Source: an uncultured Bacillales bacterium (GTDB lineage Bacteria > Bacillota_I > Bacilli_A > RFN20 > CAG-826). Taken from it: a DNA stretch of 64,000 nt. This document shows positions 48,777 to 58,455 of this stretch, in pieces. Where the stretch lies: positions 1,557 to 65,556 of the forward strand of contig CAMJWS010000001.1 in the NCBI GenBank assembly GCA_946409515.1, given 5' to 3'. Positions within the stretch are counted from its first letter, which is position 1. Every line of letters begins with the position of its first letter. The notes under the pieces are model-generated. The model did no database searches. It was not told the DNA's origin and was given only the letters and a program-made list of their open reading frames with translations. The position numbers were made by a program, and so were the translations under genes.

Positions 48777-49754
48777 TTAGTAAACGATATTTAGATCATT
48801 TCTGCTCATTAAAGATGCAAAGTCTAGATCTAATGCTTCTTGAACGGCGGCATTAGCCATAGTTCTATCAAGCATACGTCCACCCGCAGCGATTTCAGTA
48901 TCATCAAGAGCAAGATTCATTGAGTATCCAGCAAGTACACTGTTAGTGGAAGCCATATTGGCGTATGTTTCTAAACGATATTCTTTGAGGATGTTAATTT
49001 CATCTGCAACGGAACGTTCTAATAAGACGTTTTGGAGACCATTGAGAATGCCAATCTTGTTATTGCTCATGGTGTCACTTACTATATCACCCCATTCGAT
49101 TGGCTCTGGAATCCAAGCATCACCTGGATGAAGAAGGTCAGCCTTTGTGTAAGCAATAGCGTGTTCGTATTTCTGAATACCAATGGTTGAAATCACTTCT
49201 TTCCATACTGTTTTGAAGGTTTGATTACCTCCTCCAACAGCGCCGGAATTCATTTTGTAATAATCACGTGACGCACCCTTATCATCAAAGAGTAAATCAT
49301 GTTTGCTATAATTGTCATCCACGAAGGAAACTGTTTCACCAAATTTATCAACAAAAGTAATGACTGAGTGATCTAAAACATTTACTATTTTTCTTTCACT
49401 CATTTTCATACCAACTTCTTCTACGTTGTAGACGTTATAATATCTAATTTGTTCAGGAATAAAACCGGTTTTTATCATACCATTTTTAAAATTGGTTAGA
49501 ATATTTTTCGCTGTGCGATTAGCGGCGTTTTCTGCTGAATTCTGATTAATCTTTGGACCACGTGTTGGAATGTTGTCGATAGCAAGTGTAATAGCTTTTT
49601 CAAATGTTTTAGGATCGCTAAAGTCAGCAACTGTCAATTCGATTGCAAAATTAGGCTTTTCATTAAATTGTCTTTGAATTCCGCCAGGAGTACGGATTGT
49701 TGTCATTCCTGTAACTGCAGCTAAAGCAGCCGCAGCAATTGAAGTAAAAATCAT
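48777..49754 (-). CDS. Secreted hypothetical protein.
   Basis: N-terminal hydrophobic signal-like segment MIFTSIAAAALAAVTG. No recognisable motif. Confidence 0.4.
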   Translation of the reverse strand: MIFTSIAAAALAAVTGMTTIRTPGGIQRQFNEKPNFAIELTVADFSDPKTFEKAITLAIDNIPTRGPKINQNSAENAANRTAKNILTNFKNGMIKTGFIPEQIRYYNVYNVEEVGMKMSERKIVNVLDHSVITFVDKFGETVSFVDDNYSKHDLLFDDKGASRDYYKMNSGAVGGGNQTFKTVWKEVISTIGIQKYEHAIAYTKADLLHPGDAWIPEPIEWGDIVSDTMSNNKIGILNGLQNVLLERSVADEINILKEYRLETYANMASTNSVLAGYSMNLALDDTEIAAGGRMLDRTMANAAVQEALDLDFASLMSRNDLNIVY

Positions 49755-49816
49755 AACTGTAATTTCCTTTCTATTTACTTTATTTCATTCTATTATCGGT
49801 TTTATTTATTTCGCAT

Positions 49817-49848
49817 TAAAAAAATCACGTTTAATCGTGCTTTTTTTC
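49817..49848 (-). terminator. Rho-independent terminator of the hydrolase gene.
   Basis: The minus-strand read is aaaaaaagcacgattaaacgtgattttttt. Confidence 0.45.
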
Positions 49849-49944
49849 ATTTTTAATTACAGTTTTTTGAAAATGTAAATTATTTGACTAATAATGACAA
49901 AAAAATGAAAAAGTCTTGAACCTATCTATATTTATATCATTCTA

Positions 49945-51012
49945 TTAAATAGAGTTGAATATTTCGTCAATTTTGCCTAATAGTTCAGTGTTTACCGCAC
50001 TACTTTTGTCTAAATCAATTGAAGCGATATATTGCTCTTTTATTTCGTCAGGTAATTTACCTTTATACTCTTTTCTTAAATCACTTAATCCCTTTTCATA
50101 TTCCCCTGTTAAAGTTTCTGCTTCTAAGGTTTTCCAAGGTGTTCCATGATGGATACCTTCTAACTTAATCGCAGTCACATTTTCATAATAATCGTTAACG
50201 ATATTGTCATATAGGGAATAGGTCTTATAAGGTACAGTTTTATCTTCTGTTCCGTGAATGATGACATATGGGATATCTGGATTGTTCTTGATGGCGCTTT
50301 CAGCGGATTGATGTACCTTAACACCCCAATGTAAGAACAAACCTAATTCAAATGCTGGTTTTGTTAGTATCATCGCTTTAGATGTATTAGCCTCAACAGA
50401 GCCATACATTAGTTCACTTGGAGTGTTATAAGCGGAGAATGAGGCCACCGCTTTGACACCATCAACCTTGTTAGAGGCCGTAACAGCCCCATAGGCGCCC
50501 CAGCTATGACCAATTAGGAAGATTGGTAAGTCTTTAGTTTTATCAAGCTCTTTGACCTTATTTACCGCACTTACAACACAGTTAGTGGATTCATATAGTG
50601 TTCTAATGCCTTTGCCAGTACTACGTCCGCATCCTGTCATATCAAAAGAGAAGACTGTATAACCATGAGTCGCATAGTAATCTTGCACTTGGGACATATT
50701 AGCGTCCGCAAGATTCATCACACCATGAGAAAATACGACGACTCCTTTAGGAGAAGGATTTTCATATAGATAACCAGTTAATGTTTCTTTACCACATGGG
50801 AAAGTCACTACTTCTCTATCTTTTAATGATTCATAATCAGCGCGACATTTTTGCACTCTGTAGAAGTCTTGCTCAAGTAAATCTAAATCACAGTTTCTAA
50901 CGTTGATAAAACCTTCAGTGGCCACGAGAACACCAATGATACCTAGACCAAAATAAAGAGTAACCGCTCCAATAAGAGAGCCGATGATAATCTTCTTAGC
51001 TTTTTTGTTCAT
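49945..51012 (-). CDS. Membrane-anchored alpha/beta-hydrolase (serine hydrolase).
   Basis: N-terminal TM, nucleophile elbow IGHSWG, and downstream Asp/His (IIHGTEDKTV; GIHHGTP). Confidence 0.7.
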   Translation of the reverse strand: MNKKAKKIIIGSLIGAVTLYFGLGIIGVLVATEGFINVRNCDLDLLEQDFYRVQKCRADYESLKDREVVTFPCGKETLTGYLYENPSPKGVVVFSHGVMNLADANMSQVQDYYATHGYTVFSFDMTGCGRSTGKGIRTLYESTNCVVSAVNKVKELDKTKDLPIFLIGHSWGAYGAVTASNKVDGVKAVASFSAYNTPSELMYGSVEANTSKAMILTKPAFELGLFLHWGVKVHQSAESAIKNNPDIPYVIIHGTEDKTVPYKTYSLYDNIVNDYYENVTAIKLEGIHHGTPWKTLEAETLTGEYEKGLSDLRKEYKGKLPDEIKEQYIASIDLDKSSAVNTELLGKIDEIFNSI

Positions 51013-52006
51013 TGATGATGACCTTTTGTGGGCGTTTATTAATGCTCTTAAGCACTAGTTCACTGATGAATAGTAATAAGACGGATGAAGCAATTGTAAA
51101 GACGTAGATGAGAATAGTTACTAACCACATTGGTTCAACCCACCTTGTAGTATTCATCGCTCCGCACATAAATGCTTGATTCATCAAATAGATGATTAAG
51201 GCTAATTTGTCAGTGTATTTGAATAACGATAATCCCTTGAACTTATTAAGAGGTTTAAGCGCCATTAACATAAAGAATAATGATGCCACACCAAAGGTGG
51301 TAACAATTATATTGTTAACAATATCGTGAAGATGTTTTAAGAAATAGGCATCGCCAAAGCTATATGTTTGGATAAGGATATATGCACCAATTGAGGCTAA
51401 TAGGATAAGCGTCCATAAGCCTAGCGCTTTGAAACTGAATTTCTCTTCTGGATTAGTGAACGTCTTAAACCATTTCTTACCAATGTAATAGCCAATGACA
51501 TAAGTTACCGCAATCATGGCTGGGCCAAAGAAGAAGCCAACCGCCACTTCAATAGCGATAACACTGACCACCGCCACAACACTCCACTTATCATTGCGTT
51601 GTAATACTGGAGTAATTAAATAGCAGACGAGGATGTAGGCTAGATAATAGTAGTTATCTACTTGAGTGATGATACGGCCACCATAGGCGCGATGAGTGGC
51701 AAACATCATCCAATCCCAACTATTATTGATAGCCATGTAAATAACATCCCAACTAGCAATAAAAGCCACCACTATTAAAGCGGGGATTAATAGTTTAATT
51801 AAATTACCAAGATAGAACTTCTTATTGTCGGTAATTAGTTTTTGAGAATACAAGAATCCTGATAAAGCAGTTAAACCTTGAACCCCTTTACTTAAAAGCA
51901 TTTCGTATGGAATCGCTCTAGCGTAAAGGATATAGAAAATATGGAATTGCAAGACACAAATCGTGGCGATAATTCTATATATAGAAATGTTATTAAATCT
52001 TTTCAC
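50996..52006 (-). CDS. Acyltransferase-3 family integral membrane protein.
   Basis: YRIIATICVLQFHIF N-terminal signature and ~10 TM helices. Confidence 0.6.
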   Translation of the reverse strand: MKRFNNISIYRIIATICVLQFHIFYILYARAIPYEMLLSKGVQGLTALSGFLYSQKLITDNKKFYLGNLIKLLIPALIVVAFIASWDVIYMAINNSWDWMMFATHRAYGGRIITQVDNYYYLAYILVCYLITPVLQRNDKWSVVAVVSVIAIEVAVGFFFGPAMIAVTYVIGYYIGKKWFKTFTNPEEKFSFKALGLWTLILLASIGAYILIQTYSFGDAYFLKHLHDIVNNIIVTTFGVASLFFMLMALKPLNKFKGLSLFKYTDKLALIIYLMNQAFMCGAMNTTRWVEPMWLVTILIYVFTIASSVLLLFISELVLKSINKRPQKVIINEQKS

Positions 52007-52079
52007 AATATATATGATAATGTCTTTTTAAGATTAACGCTACAAGGAACAAAAAAGATGCGATTTAACGCATCGTTTT

Positions 52080-52331
52080 TTAAGCTTCTTTTTTCTCTTC
52101 TTTTTTTGTAGCGAGATAAATAACGACATCAATAATCATAACCACAAGCATTATTGGAAACGCCAAGTTAAGAAACATTTGAATGGTTGGCCATGGTTGT
52201 TGGAAACCATGATGATAGCCAGTGCAATAGGCAATCGCATCACCGGCAAACGATGCTAATGGGCATAAGGTTGATACCAAGAATAAAACGAATATCACTA
52301 CATTAATTGGGTATTTTAAATATGATTTCAT
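52080..52331 (-). CDS. Small two-TM membrane protein.
   Basis: 83 aa, hydrophobic. Confidence 0.35.
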   Translation of the reverse strand: MKSYLKYPINVVIFVLFLVSTLCPLASFAGDAIAYCTGYHHGFQQPWPTIQMFLNLAFPIMLVVMIIDVVIYLATKKEEKKEA

Positions 52332-52455
52332 AGCATGTTTATTATAGGCCTAATCAATAAAAAATACAAATTTTCAAATAAAGAAAAACAGCCCTGATTT
52401 ATCAAGGCCTTTCCGATTTGATATCCGATTAAGTTTAAAGGAGTAATGTTTAAGT

Positions 52456-53043
52456 TTAGTGTTTTATGTTTTTTGTCATTTTAATAGGATATCCAGAACC
52501 TAACAATCTCATGAATGAGAATTTGTGTTTTTTTGAGATAACAAATTCATTATTTTCATAGAATTTAATAGCTTTTTTATTTTTGGAAAATACTTCCACG
52601 ATTATTGAATCATAATCCTTTAAGCTACAAGCTTTATTAACAAGAATCGTGCCAATTCCTTTGCTCCTATATGAAGGGTGAGTAACAAGAGTGTCTAAAT
52701 ATAGTTCTTTTTCGCCTTTAACTACAGCTTTTTGGAATGATGCATTCATTTGTCTACTAATAATTGTTCCTTTAAATTTTCCAAAGTATTTTATGCAAAC
52801 ATCCTTTTTAAAGTTAATCGGTCTAACTTTATTAGTACCTAAGCCCATCAGTCCTAGAACTTTATCACCTTCCAAATAGCAGAGGAATAATTTAGAATCA
52901 AAAATCTCCATGAAAAGTTGTTTTTTAACTTTTTCATCTTTTGAGAAAGTCATAAACTTACCAAATCCATCCAAAAACAACTCAACAGCTTCTTCTTTTT
53001 GACTTAGGGATAGTTCGCCAAATTCTAATATATTTTCTTTCAT
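52456..53043 (-). CDS. GNAT family acetyltransferase.
   Basis: VTHPSYRSKGIGTILVNKA acetyl-CoA motif. Confidence 0.6.
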   Translation of the reverse strand: MKENILEFGELSLSQKEEAVELFLDGFGKFMTFSKDEKVKKQLFMEIFDSKLFLCYLEGDKVLGLMGLGTNKVRPINFKKDVCIKYFGKFKGTIISRQMNASFQKAVVKGEKELYLDTLVTHPSYRSKGIGTILVNKACSLKDYDSIIVEVFSKNKKAIKFYENNEFVISKKHKFSFMRLLGSGYPIKMTKNIKH

Positions 53044-53046
53044 AAA

Positions 53047-53430
53047 TTACATGCAAATCCCTACTATAAGAAAACAAACGGCACTTATTAATGACATTGG
53101 AGTCATAACAACTTTTTCTTTTTTGCTTGGAGAAAAAAAGTTTAAAAAAGTATTCCCAAAGAAGAAAACTGCAAAGACAAAACAAATCACTCTATTTGTA
53201 GAATAATTAATTAAATAAGGAATACTTGTGCCTGCTGCTAAGATAATATATAACGCAAACATTTGTGTTAACAATTGTGTTAATCCAATAATTCTTATTT
53301 TAGGAGGCCAGATTTTACCAAACCTTCCTCCCATAGAGAACTCTCCTAAAGGTAGTCCAAATATCAACAAAATCGACATAACAATAACAACAGCGAGAAG
53401 CGCTGCTCCAATGTAAACAAACACTTGCAT
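53047..53430 (-). CDS. Four-TM membrane protein.
   Basis: 127 aa and hydrophobic, lying between the PadR and GNAT genes. Confidence 0.45.
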   Translation of the reverse strand: MQVFVYIGAALLAVVIVMSILLIFGLPLGEFSMGGRFGKIWPPKIRIIGLTQLLTQMFALYIILAAGTSIPYLINYSTNRVICFVFAVFFFGNTFLNFFSPSKKEKVVMTPMSLISAVCFLIVGICM

Positions 53431-53432
53431 AT

Positions 53433-54053
53433 TTATCTAGCCCTTTCCTTTTTTAGAAGGTTTTTATAAAAAGATAGATCAAACTTAGTTCTTTCTATAC
53501 TATACTCAAGCAATTCCATTTGATAATCATATGTATTGAGTAAAACAGATTTCAGATCTTTTTCATTAGAAACAGATAATAAATTATCTACATGCTTAGT
53601 TTCTTTAGAAATATTTCTAACATTATCATCAATAATCGCTTCTTTTATGTTTAATGTAGATTCTTTAATAGCTGTTAAAGCTTTCAATTGTCCCTCTAAA
53701 TCTTTGTTCATAGCAGTCAAAAATGAGATACGTTTTTCTTTAGGAGCGATTCCTAAAAAGAATAACTTGCTCTCTTCCATATTAGTCATCTTAGATAAAT
53801 TAATAGGAGTTCCTACCCAATTCTTATATTCAGATAAACCTTTATCAGTGATGCTATATTTTTTCTTATTCAAACCATTTTCAACATATTCTCTAACTTC
53901 AATATAGCCTTTAGAAAGCATCTTTTTAATCGCAGTTTGAATGCTGCCTAAACTATTGCTACACACTGTTGTTAGATTCTTGATAATATAATTTCTAATT
54001 TCATAAACTGTCATCGCTTTACATAGAAGCATACTAAGGATTATATATTCCAT
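53433..54053 (-). CDS. PadR-family transcriptional regulator with a C-terminal coiled-coil extension.
   Basis: ILSMLLCKAMTVYEIRNYI...GSIQTAIKKMLSKGYIEV matches the PadR wHTH. Confidence 0.7.
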   Translation of the reverse strand: MEYIILSMLLCKAMTVYEIRNYIIKNLTTVCSNSLGSIQTAIKKMLSKGYIEVREYVENGLNKKKYSITDKGLSEYKNWVGTPINLSKMTNMEESKLFFLGIAPKEKRISFLTAMNKDLEGQLKALTAIKESTLNIKEAIIDDNVRNISKETKHVDNLLSVSNEKDLKSVLLNTYDYQMELLEYSIERTKFDLSFYKNLLKKERAR

Positions 54054-54249
54054 AATTTCCTCCTTCTCATAATACTAATAGGTATATTACTAATAGATAG
54101 TTAATATGTCAAGTGAACAAATAAAAAACATCCCAATTTCAAGGATGTTAGCTTATTACTTTGCCAAAGGTAGCCAATTTTGACACAAATGTCCCTCTGC
54201 TTAGAGGACAATGTCCCTAGCAAGAAAACATGCCCATGTGCATCGAAGT

Positions 54250-54534
54250 TTACTTTTTAACAATAATTTTAACTATTTCATCTATTACTTCTGGATCTTC
54301 AATATCAACCAAAAGCATAGCTTTCGCCGTTGGATATGGGACTTGTTCTTTCATATGGTATTTTTCAAGACCTACTGCTTTTTTAACTAAAAAGCGATTA
54401 TCATAAACACCACCAAAAATCTTTTCATCTTTATAAAGGATGTATTCACCCATCATTTTTTTGTATGTGATTCCGTTTACTTCACGAAGTAATTCTAGAA
54501 CATATGTTAAATACTCACTACTGCTCGCCATCAA
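54250..54534 (-). CDS. TfoX N-terminal-domain protein.
   Basis: KMMGEYILYKDEKIFGGVYDNRFLVK matches TfoX_N (R.MFGEY.LY.....FA.V.DD.L.LK). Confidence 0.5.
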   Translation of the reverse strand: MMASSSEYLTYVLELLREVNGITYKKMMGEYILYKDEKIFGGVYDNRFLVKKAVGLEKYHMKEQVPYPTAKAMLLVDIEDPEVIDEIVKIIVKK

Positions 54535-54602
54535 ACAATCTCCAAATTATCAGATTATCTTGCTTATTATCTTACTTACTATCTTGCTTATTAACAAATA
54601 AA

Positions 54603-54635
54603 AAGTGCCGAATTGTATCGGCACATTTATACGAT
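54603..54635. repeat. Hairpin element copy A (GTGCCGAATTGTATCGGCAC); acts as a good terminator in minus-strand sense.
   Basis: 7-bp stem with loop ATTGTA; the minus-sense read is followed by TTTTTATTT. A 30-nt near-copy lies at 55266-55295. Confidence 0.5.
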
Positions 54636-54794
54636 TTTCGTATTGTAGAACTATTTTATTACAAAACCTGCAGCTTCATACCCTAGGCCTTTGCTTCATA
54701 CCCCTCTATATTATGCTGTGGTGTTATTCTTGTGTAGAAATAACTAAGTGGAGATGTCTATTGCTATTATGTATAATAATGTTGGTTTTTAAAG

Positions 54795-55265
54795 ATGGCA
54801 AAACTTTACTGGATTAATAAAAAAGATAAGAAAAACTATTTGAATATTTGCAAATATAACGGCGTTCGTATTTCTTTTGAAAGTGGGATTGATGAAAAAG
54901 CAAAAAACGAATTATCAAAACTTATAAGCTATATAAGGAAAAAGTTTTATTTTCCTATTCGTTTTAATGTTTGTTTTACAAACGAAGAAGTGTTTATTAA
55001 TTCAGAAAATGGTGAAAAAGGGTATTGCGCTTTCTATGGAAATCAAGAAGCAAAAAAGAAAATGTACCCTAAATTATATGTTCCCGCACTTGAATCTGAT
55101 AACAATTTATTAATAGAAATTGAATATTATGTTTGTTTAGGAATTTCAATGTATTACCAGTGGTTTTTCAAACAAGATGAAAAGCTTTCAGAAAAACAAT
55201 TGGACAAAGAAGCCGACGAACTCGCTGATTTTTACGTCAAAGAATACTTCGAAAAATCAAAATAA
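54795..55265 (+). CDS. Hypothetical 156-aa protein flanked by the two hairpin-repeat copies.
   Basis: Intact ORF with no recognisable motif. Confidence 0.4.
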   Translation: MAKLYWINKKDKKNYLNICKYNGVRISFESGIDEKAKNELSKLISYIRKKFYFPIRFNVCFTNEEVFINSENGEKGYCAFYGNQEAKKKMYPKLYVPALESDNNLLIEIEYYVCLGISMYYQWFFKQDEKLSEKQLDKEADELADFYVKEYFEKSK

Positions 55266-55295
55266 AATGCCGAATTGTATCGACATTTACATACG
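55266..55295. repeat. Hairpin element copy B (ATGCCGAATTGTATCGACAT).
   Basis: Identical over ~22 of 26 nt to copy A, including the flanking ataaaa...tgccgaattgtatcg.ca.attta.atacg. Confidence 0.5.
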
Positions 55296-55296
55296 T

Positions 55297-55505
55297 GTCG
55301 CTCGCTTCTCCTCAGTCGTGAAATTGTGCACACCAGACTGTCCATCCCGAACCCAGGAGATTATTTAGAAAAACTTTCGTCCTTTACCCCCCTACCTCGA
55401 GCATCAACCTTATGCCCCAGTACGAACGGGATAATGAACTTATGTAGAGTAGGAACTCAGGTATAAACTGGAGCACGATTCCGCGACTGAGCAGAAGCGA
55501 GCGAC
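55297..55505 (+). ncRNA. 5S-rRNA-like structured RNA: divergent, with an ~35-nt internal insertion, closed by a 22-bp near-perfect terminal inverted repeat.
   Basis: CACACCAGACTGTCCATCCCGAACCCAGGAGATTA matches 5S helix III/loop C (CACACC..UUCCCAUCCCGAACACAGAAGUUAAG). GTAGAGTAGGAACTCAGG matches the loop E/helix V element GAGAGUAGGGAACUGCCAGG. The terminal arms GTCGCTCGCTTCTCCTCAGTCG (55297-55318) and CGACTGAGCAGAAGCGAGCGAC (55484-55505) resemble a precursor processing stem. No 16S or 23S gene is in the window. Confidence 0.4.
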
Positions 55506-55749
55506 AGTTATTTTATCTTTTAGATAATGGTCCCTAAGTAGAGCCTTTATTAAGTCCCTGGTATGAACTGGTATTTTCCTAAAGTCGACATGAACGTTAG
55601 CGAAAAAAAGTTGTATAATATATATGTGGAGACAAACAAAAACTCCAGGTCTTTTAACTTGGAGTTATTACGGTATCTAACGTGTTTCCTGGAGGACATT
55701 CGTTTTACACGGAATGAAGTCATCAGGTTTCACTATGACAATACGGTTG

Positions 55750-55823
55750 TGGCAGGGGTAGTAGGAATCGAACCCACATTGACGGTTTTGGAGACCGGAG
55801 TACTGCCTTTGTACGATACCCCT
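55750..55823 (-). tRNA. tRNA-Trp (anticodon CCA).
   Basis: AGGGGTATCGTACAAAGGCAGTACTCCGGTCTCCAAAACCGTCAATGTGGGTTCGATTCCTACTACCCCTGCCA. Loop CTCCAAA, discriminator G, encoded CCA. Confidence 0.85.
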
Positions 55824-55874
55824 AGCGCGCTTTGTTATTATTACATAAATAAATTAAATTATCATCAATTTTTA

Positions 55875-56333
55875 TCAATATTTTTCCGACTTTATTAAAA
55901 TATCGTTTTCATAAATTAGTCTAACTCTAAAATATGGTTCATGATTTATTAATAAAGGTAAGAATACTTTATCCCCTTCCCACATTGGGTAATTGAAGAT
56001 GTCTTTAATTGGGATATAACATAGTTCACCTTCGTTACAATCAATGAGTTCACCGTCATAATCAGTAATCTCATAGATATACATCTTTTCAAAATATCCA
56101 TCGTAGATGAAATCTACTTCACCAGCGCATTTTAATGAATGAACATCTAAGCCCGTTTCTTCTTTAACTTCACGAATAGCGCATTCATCTGGTGTTTCAT
56201 TGTTTTCTAGACCACCACCAACGCCAATCCACTTGCCTTTGTTATAGTCATTTTTCTTTTTGTTACGGAAAAGAAGAAGATAATTATTATCTTTCTTTAA
56301 ATAACAGCAAGTGGAATAGCGGTTAATATTCAT
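55875..56333 (-). CDS. NUDIX hydrolase (MutT-like).
   Basis: Nudix box GGGLENNETPDECAIREVKEETGL. Confidence 0.8.
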   Translation of the reverse strand: MNINRYSTCCYLKKDNNYLLLFRNKKKNDYNKGKWIGVGGGLENNETPDECAIREVKEETGLDVHSLKCAGEVDFIYDGYFEKMYIYEITDYDGELIDCNEGELCYIPIKDIFNYPMWEGDKVFLPLLINHEPYFRVRLIYENDILIKSEKY

Positions 56334-56336
56334 TGA

Positions 56337-56579
56337 TTAACGATGACCGAAGCTTTGGAAGAAGGCAGCAATAGCACTAGCACCACCGAGGGCTAAAGTC
56401 ACACCGACAATAATCAAAACAATAATCAAAACGCAGAAATAAGATCTTGCGAAATTTCTCATGTTGATATTGCCCGCACCAATCGCATGGATGATAAGGA
56501 TAATCCAACCAACGATTGGAATAGCGTAAAGAATTTGTAATCCGAAATACGCCCAAGGGGATAATGGTCTGTTTTCCAT
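56337..56579 (-). CDS. Small two-TM membrane protein.
   Basis: 80 aa, hydrophobic; ends 3 nt from the NUDIX start. Confidence 0.4.
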   Translation of the reverse strand: MENRPLSPWAYFGLQILYAIPIVGWIILIIHAIGAGNINMRNFARSYFCVLIIVLIIVGVTLALGGASAIAAFFQSFGHR

Positions 56580-56607
56580 AAAGTAGCTCCTTTTTATATA
56601 GATAAAA

Positions 56608-56692
56608 TGGTGTGGCCAAGAAGACTTGAACTTCCATGAGTTTCCTCACTGGCTTCTGAGACCAGCGCGTCTACCAATTCCGCCATGACCAC
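56608..56692 (-). tRNA. tRNA-Leu (anticodon CAG).
   Basis: GTGGTCATGGCGGAATTGGTAGACGCGCTGGTCTCAGAAGCCAGTGAGGAAACTCATGGAAGTTCAAGTCTTCTTGGCCACACCA. The D-arm GGCGGAATTGGTAGACGCGC matches E. coli tRNA-Leu. Long variable arm and encoded CCA. Confidence 0.85.
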
Positions 56693-56709
56693 GTGTGAAA
56701 AAAATTATA

Positions 56710-58455
56710 TCACAGCAGGCCGCGTTTTTTATCTTCTTCTTCTTGGAGCATGCGGAAATTAACTTTTCCGAGCATCGTTAATGGTAATTCATCTCTGAAT
56801 TCAATCTCAGTAGGAACTGACCATCTAATTAAATATTTACGACATGTTTCAAGTATTTTTTCTTTCATCGCGGTTTCGTCAAAGACCTTAGCCACCACAA
56901 AGACTTTTAAGGAGTTTTGTAATTTAGCGTCAGGAATACGAATCGCCGCACAAGCGGAAACTTCTGGCATTGATTCAATGAGTTGTTCGACTTCACTTGG
57001 GAAGACGGCAACACCAGAGACTTTCACCACTCTTTTTTTACGTTGCTTAAAGTAGATGAAATCATCTTCATCCATATAACCAAGGTCACCAGTATAGAGG
57101 TAACCATCTTTTAAACAGTTTTTAGTGGCTTCTTCATCTTGATAATAGCCAAGCATAATAGCCCCACTTTTAATAATGATTTCACCAAGTTCACCACGTG
57201 GTACTTCATTGCCTTGTTCATCCACAACTTTGAATGTTGCTTCAGGCATAGCTTTGCCTAATGAACCTTTACGATTAGCGTTAAAGGTGTTAACACAGTT
57301 AACAGCGATAGCCTCAGTTAAGCCATATCCTTGGAACAAACGACATTTAGAACCTGCTTGTTCCATAGTCTTATTAAAGCGTTCTTCTAAGTCACTTGGC
57401 ATAGAGTCACCACCACAGAAGCAGCAATGTAAATACTTTAAGTTTTTATTATTAACAAATGTTGGTTCTTGAAGTAGCTTTTCATAAATTGTTGGCACAC
57501 CACACATACAGGTGAGCTTAGTGGCATTCATTGCCTTCACCACTTTCGTGGCTTTAAACTTTGGAATAAGGATGGAAGAGAATGAGTTTACTAAAGGTGC
57601 ATGCATAGTCATACATAAACCAAAGCCGTGGAAGCTTGGTAAAACACTGAGCATTTTATGGCCAATCATCTTATCCTTATCAACCGCAAGGAAAGCATAA
57701 GCATATTGTGAAATAAAGTTAAAAGCATAGTCACTCAAACAGATGGTTTTTGGTTTACCGGTTGTGGAACCACTGTGTAACAACACAGAACATCTATTTT
57801 TATCCGCTTTAGCGGTAGGAACTTCTTTACCAGTTGGTTTCAATTGATAAGTATATTTAAAGCCATCGAATTTAAATCTCGCTGGCATCTTGCCTAACTT
57901 CTTTCTAATTCTAAAGTTCATGAAATTGTGATAGATGAATTTACTCATTAAAGGTAAATCATCTTCAATACGTGTAACGTATACTTGATCAGCAATTTCA
58001 CGGTATTGTTTCACTTCTTTAGCAATTCTTTGTTCAAAAAGAAAGGCCACTTTGGTGTGAGTCTTATCCATGATTTGTTTCACTTGGTTAAATGGAGTGA
58101 ATGGATGGATTAAGTTAGACGTCGCACCAATCTTATTAATAGCGTAAAACAAGACGATTGTTTCTGGGATATTAGGTTGAGCGATAACGACAACGTCGTT
58201 TTCTCTAAGACCTAATCTGTTATATAAAATATCCGCGGTCATATCGACACGCTTTAAGAGTGTTTTAAAATTGATCCTCTTGCCTTCATAATAGATGGCT
58301 AAATCATGAGGAGCTTTATTAGCAGCCTGTCTGAAGGCTTCATACATTGTATATTCTGTCATCATTTGATAAATAACCCCACTAACGAGAGAATGCCAAA
58401 GATAACAAGAACGTGGGTACCATAGATGAGTAAGGTATGACGACCAACAAAGCAA
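56710..58455 (-). CDS. AMP-dependent acyl-CoA synthetase/ligase (long-chain-fatty-acid-CoA ligase-like); the true start is probably MMTEY at 58365.
   Basis: AMP-binding motif LHSGSTTGKPKT, plus YGLTE and the C-terminal lid GYLYTGDLGYMDEDDFIYFKQRKK. The annotated N-terminal 30 codons would overlap the upstream gene. Confidence 0.8.
   Translation of the reverse strand: MLCWSSYLTHLWYPRSCYLWHSLVSGVIYQMMTEYTMYEAFRQAANKAPHDLAIYYEGKRINFKTLLKRVDMTADILYNRLGLRENDVVVIAQPNIPETIVLFYAINKIGATSNLIHPFTPFNQVKQIMDKTHTKVAFLFEQRIAKEVKQYREIADQVYVTRIEDDLPLMSKFIYHNFMNFRIRKKLGKMPARFKFDGFKYTYQLKPTGKEVPTAKADKNRCSVLLHSGSTTGKPKTICLSDYAFNFISQYAYAFLAVDKDKMIGHKMLSVLPSFHGFGLCMTMHAPLVNSFSSILIPKFKATKVVKAMNATKLTCMCGVPTIYEKLLQEPTFVNNKNLKYLHCCFCGGDSMPSDLEERFNKTMEQAGSKCRLFQGYGLTEAIAVNCVNTFNANRKGSLGKAMPEATFKVVDEQGNEVPRGELGEIIIKSGAIMLGYYQDEEATKNCLKDGYLYTGDLGYMDEDDFIYFKQRKKRVVKVSGVAVFPSEVEQLIESMPEVSACAAIRIPDAKLQNSLKVFVVAKVFDETAMKEKILETCRKYLIRWSVPTEIEFRDELPLTMLGKVNFRMLQEEEDKKRGLL

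Noticed and set aside
55563-55898. Plus-strand 111-aa ORF.
   Set aside because: It overlaps the well-formed tRNA-Trp on the opposite strand and has no motif.
56377-56649. Minus-strand 90-aa ORF.
   Set aside because: It overlaps both tRNA-Leu and the better-supported hydrophobic 80-aa ORF at 56337-56579.
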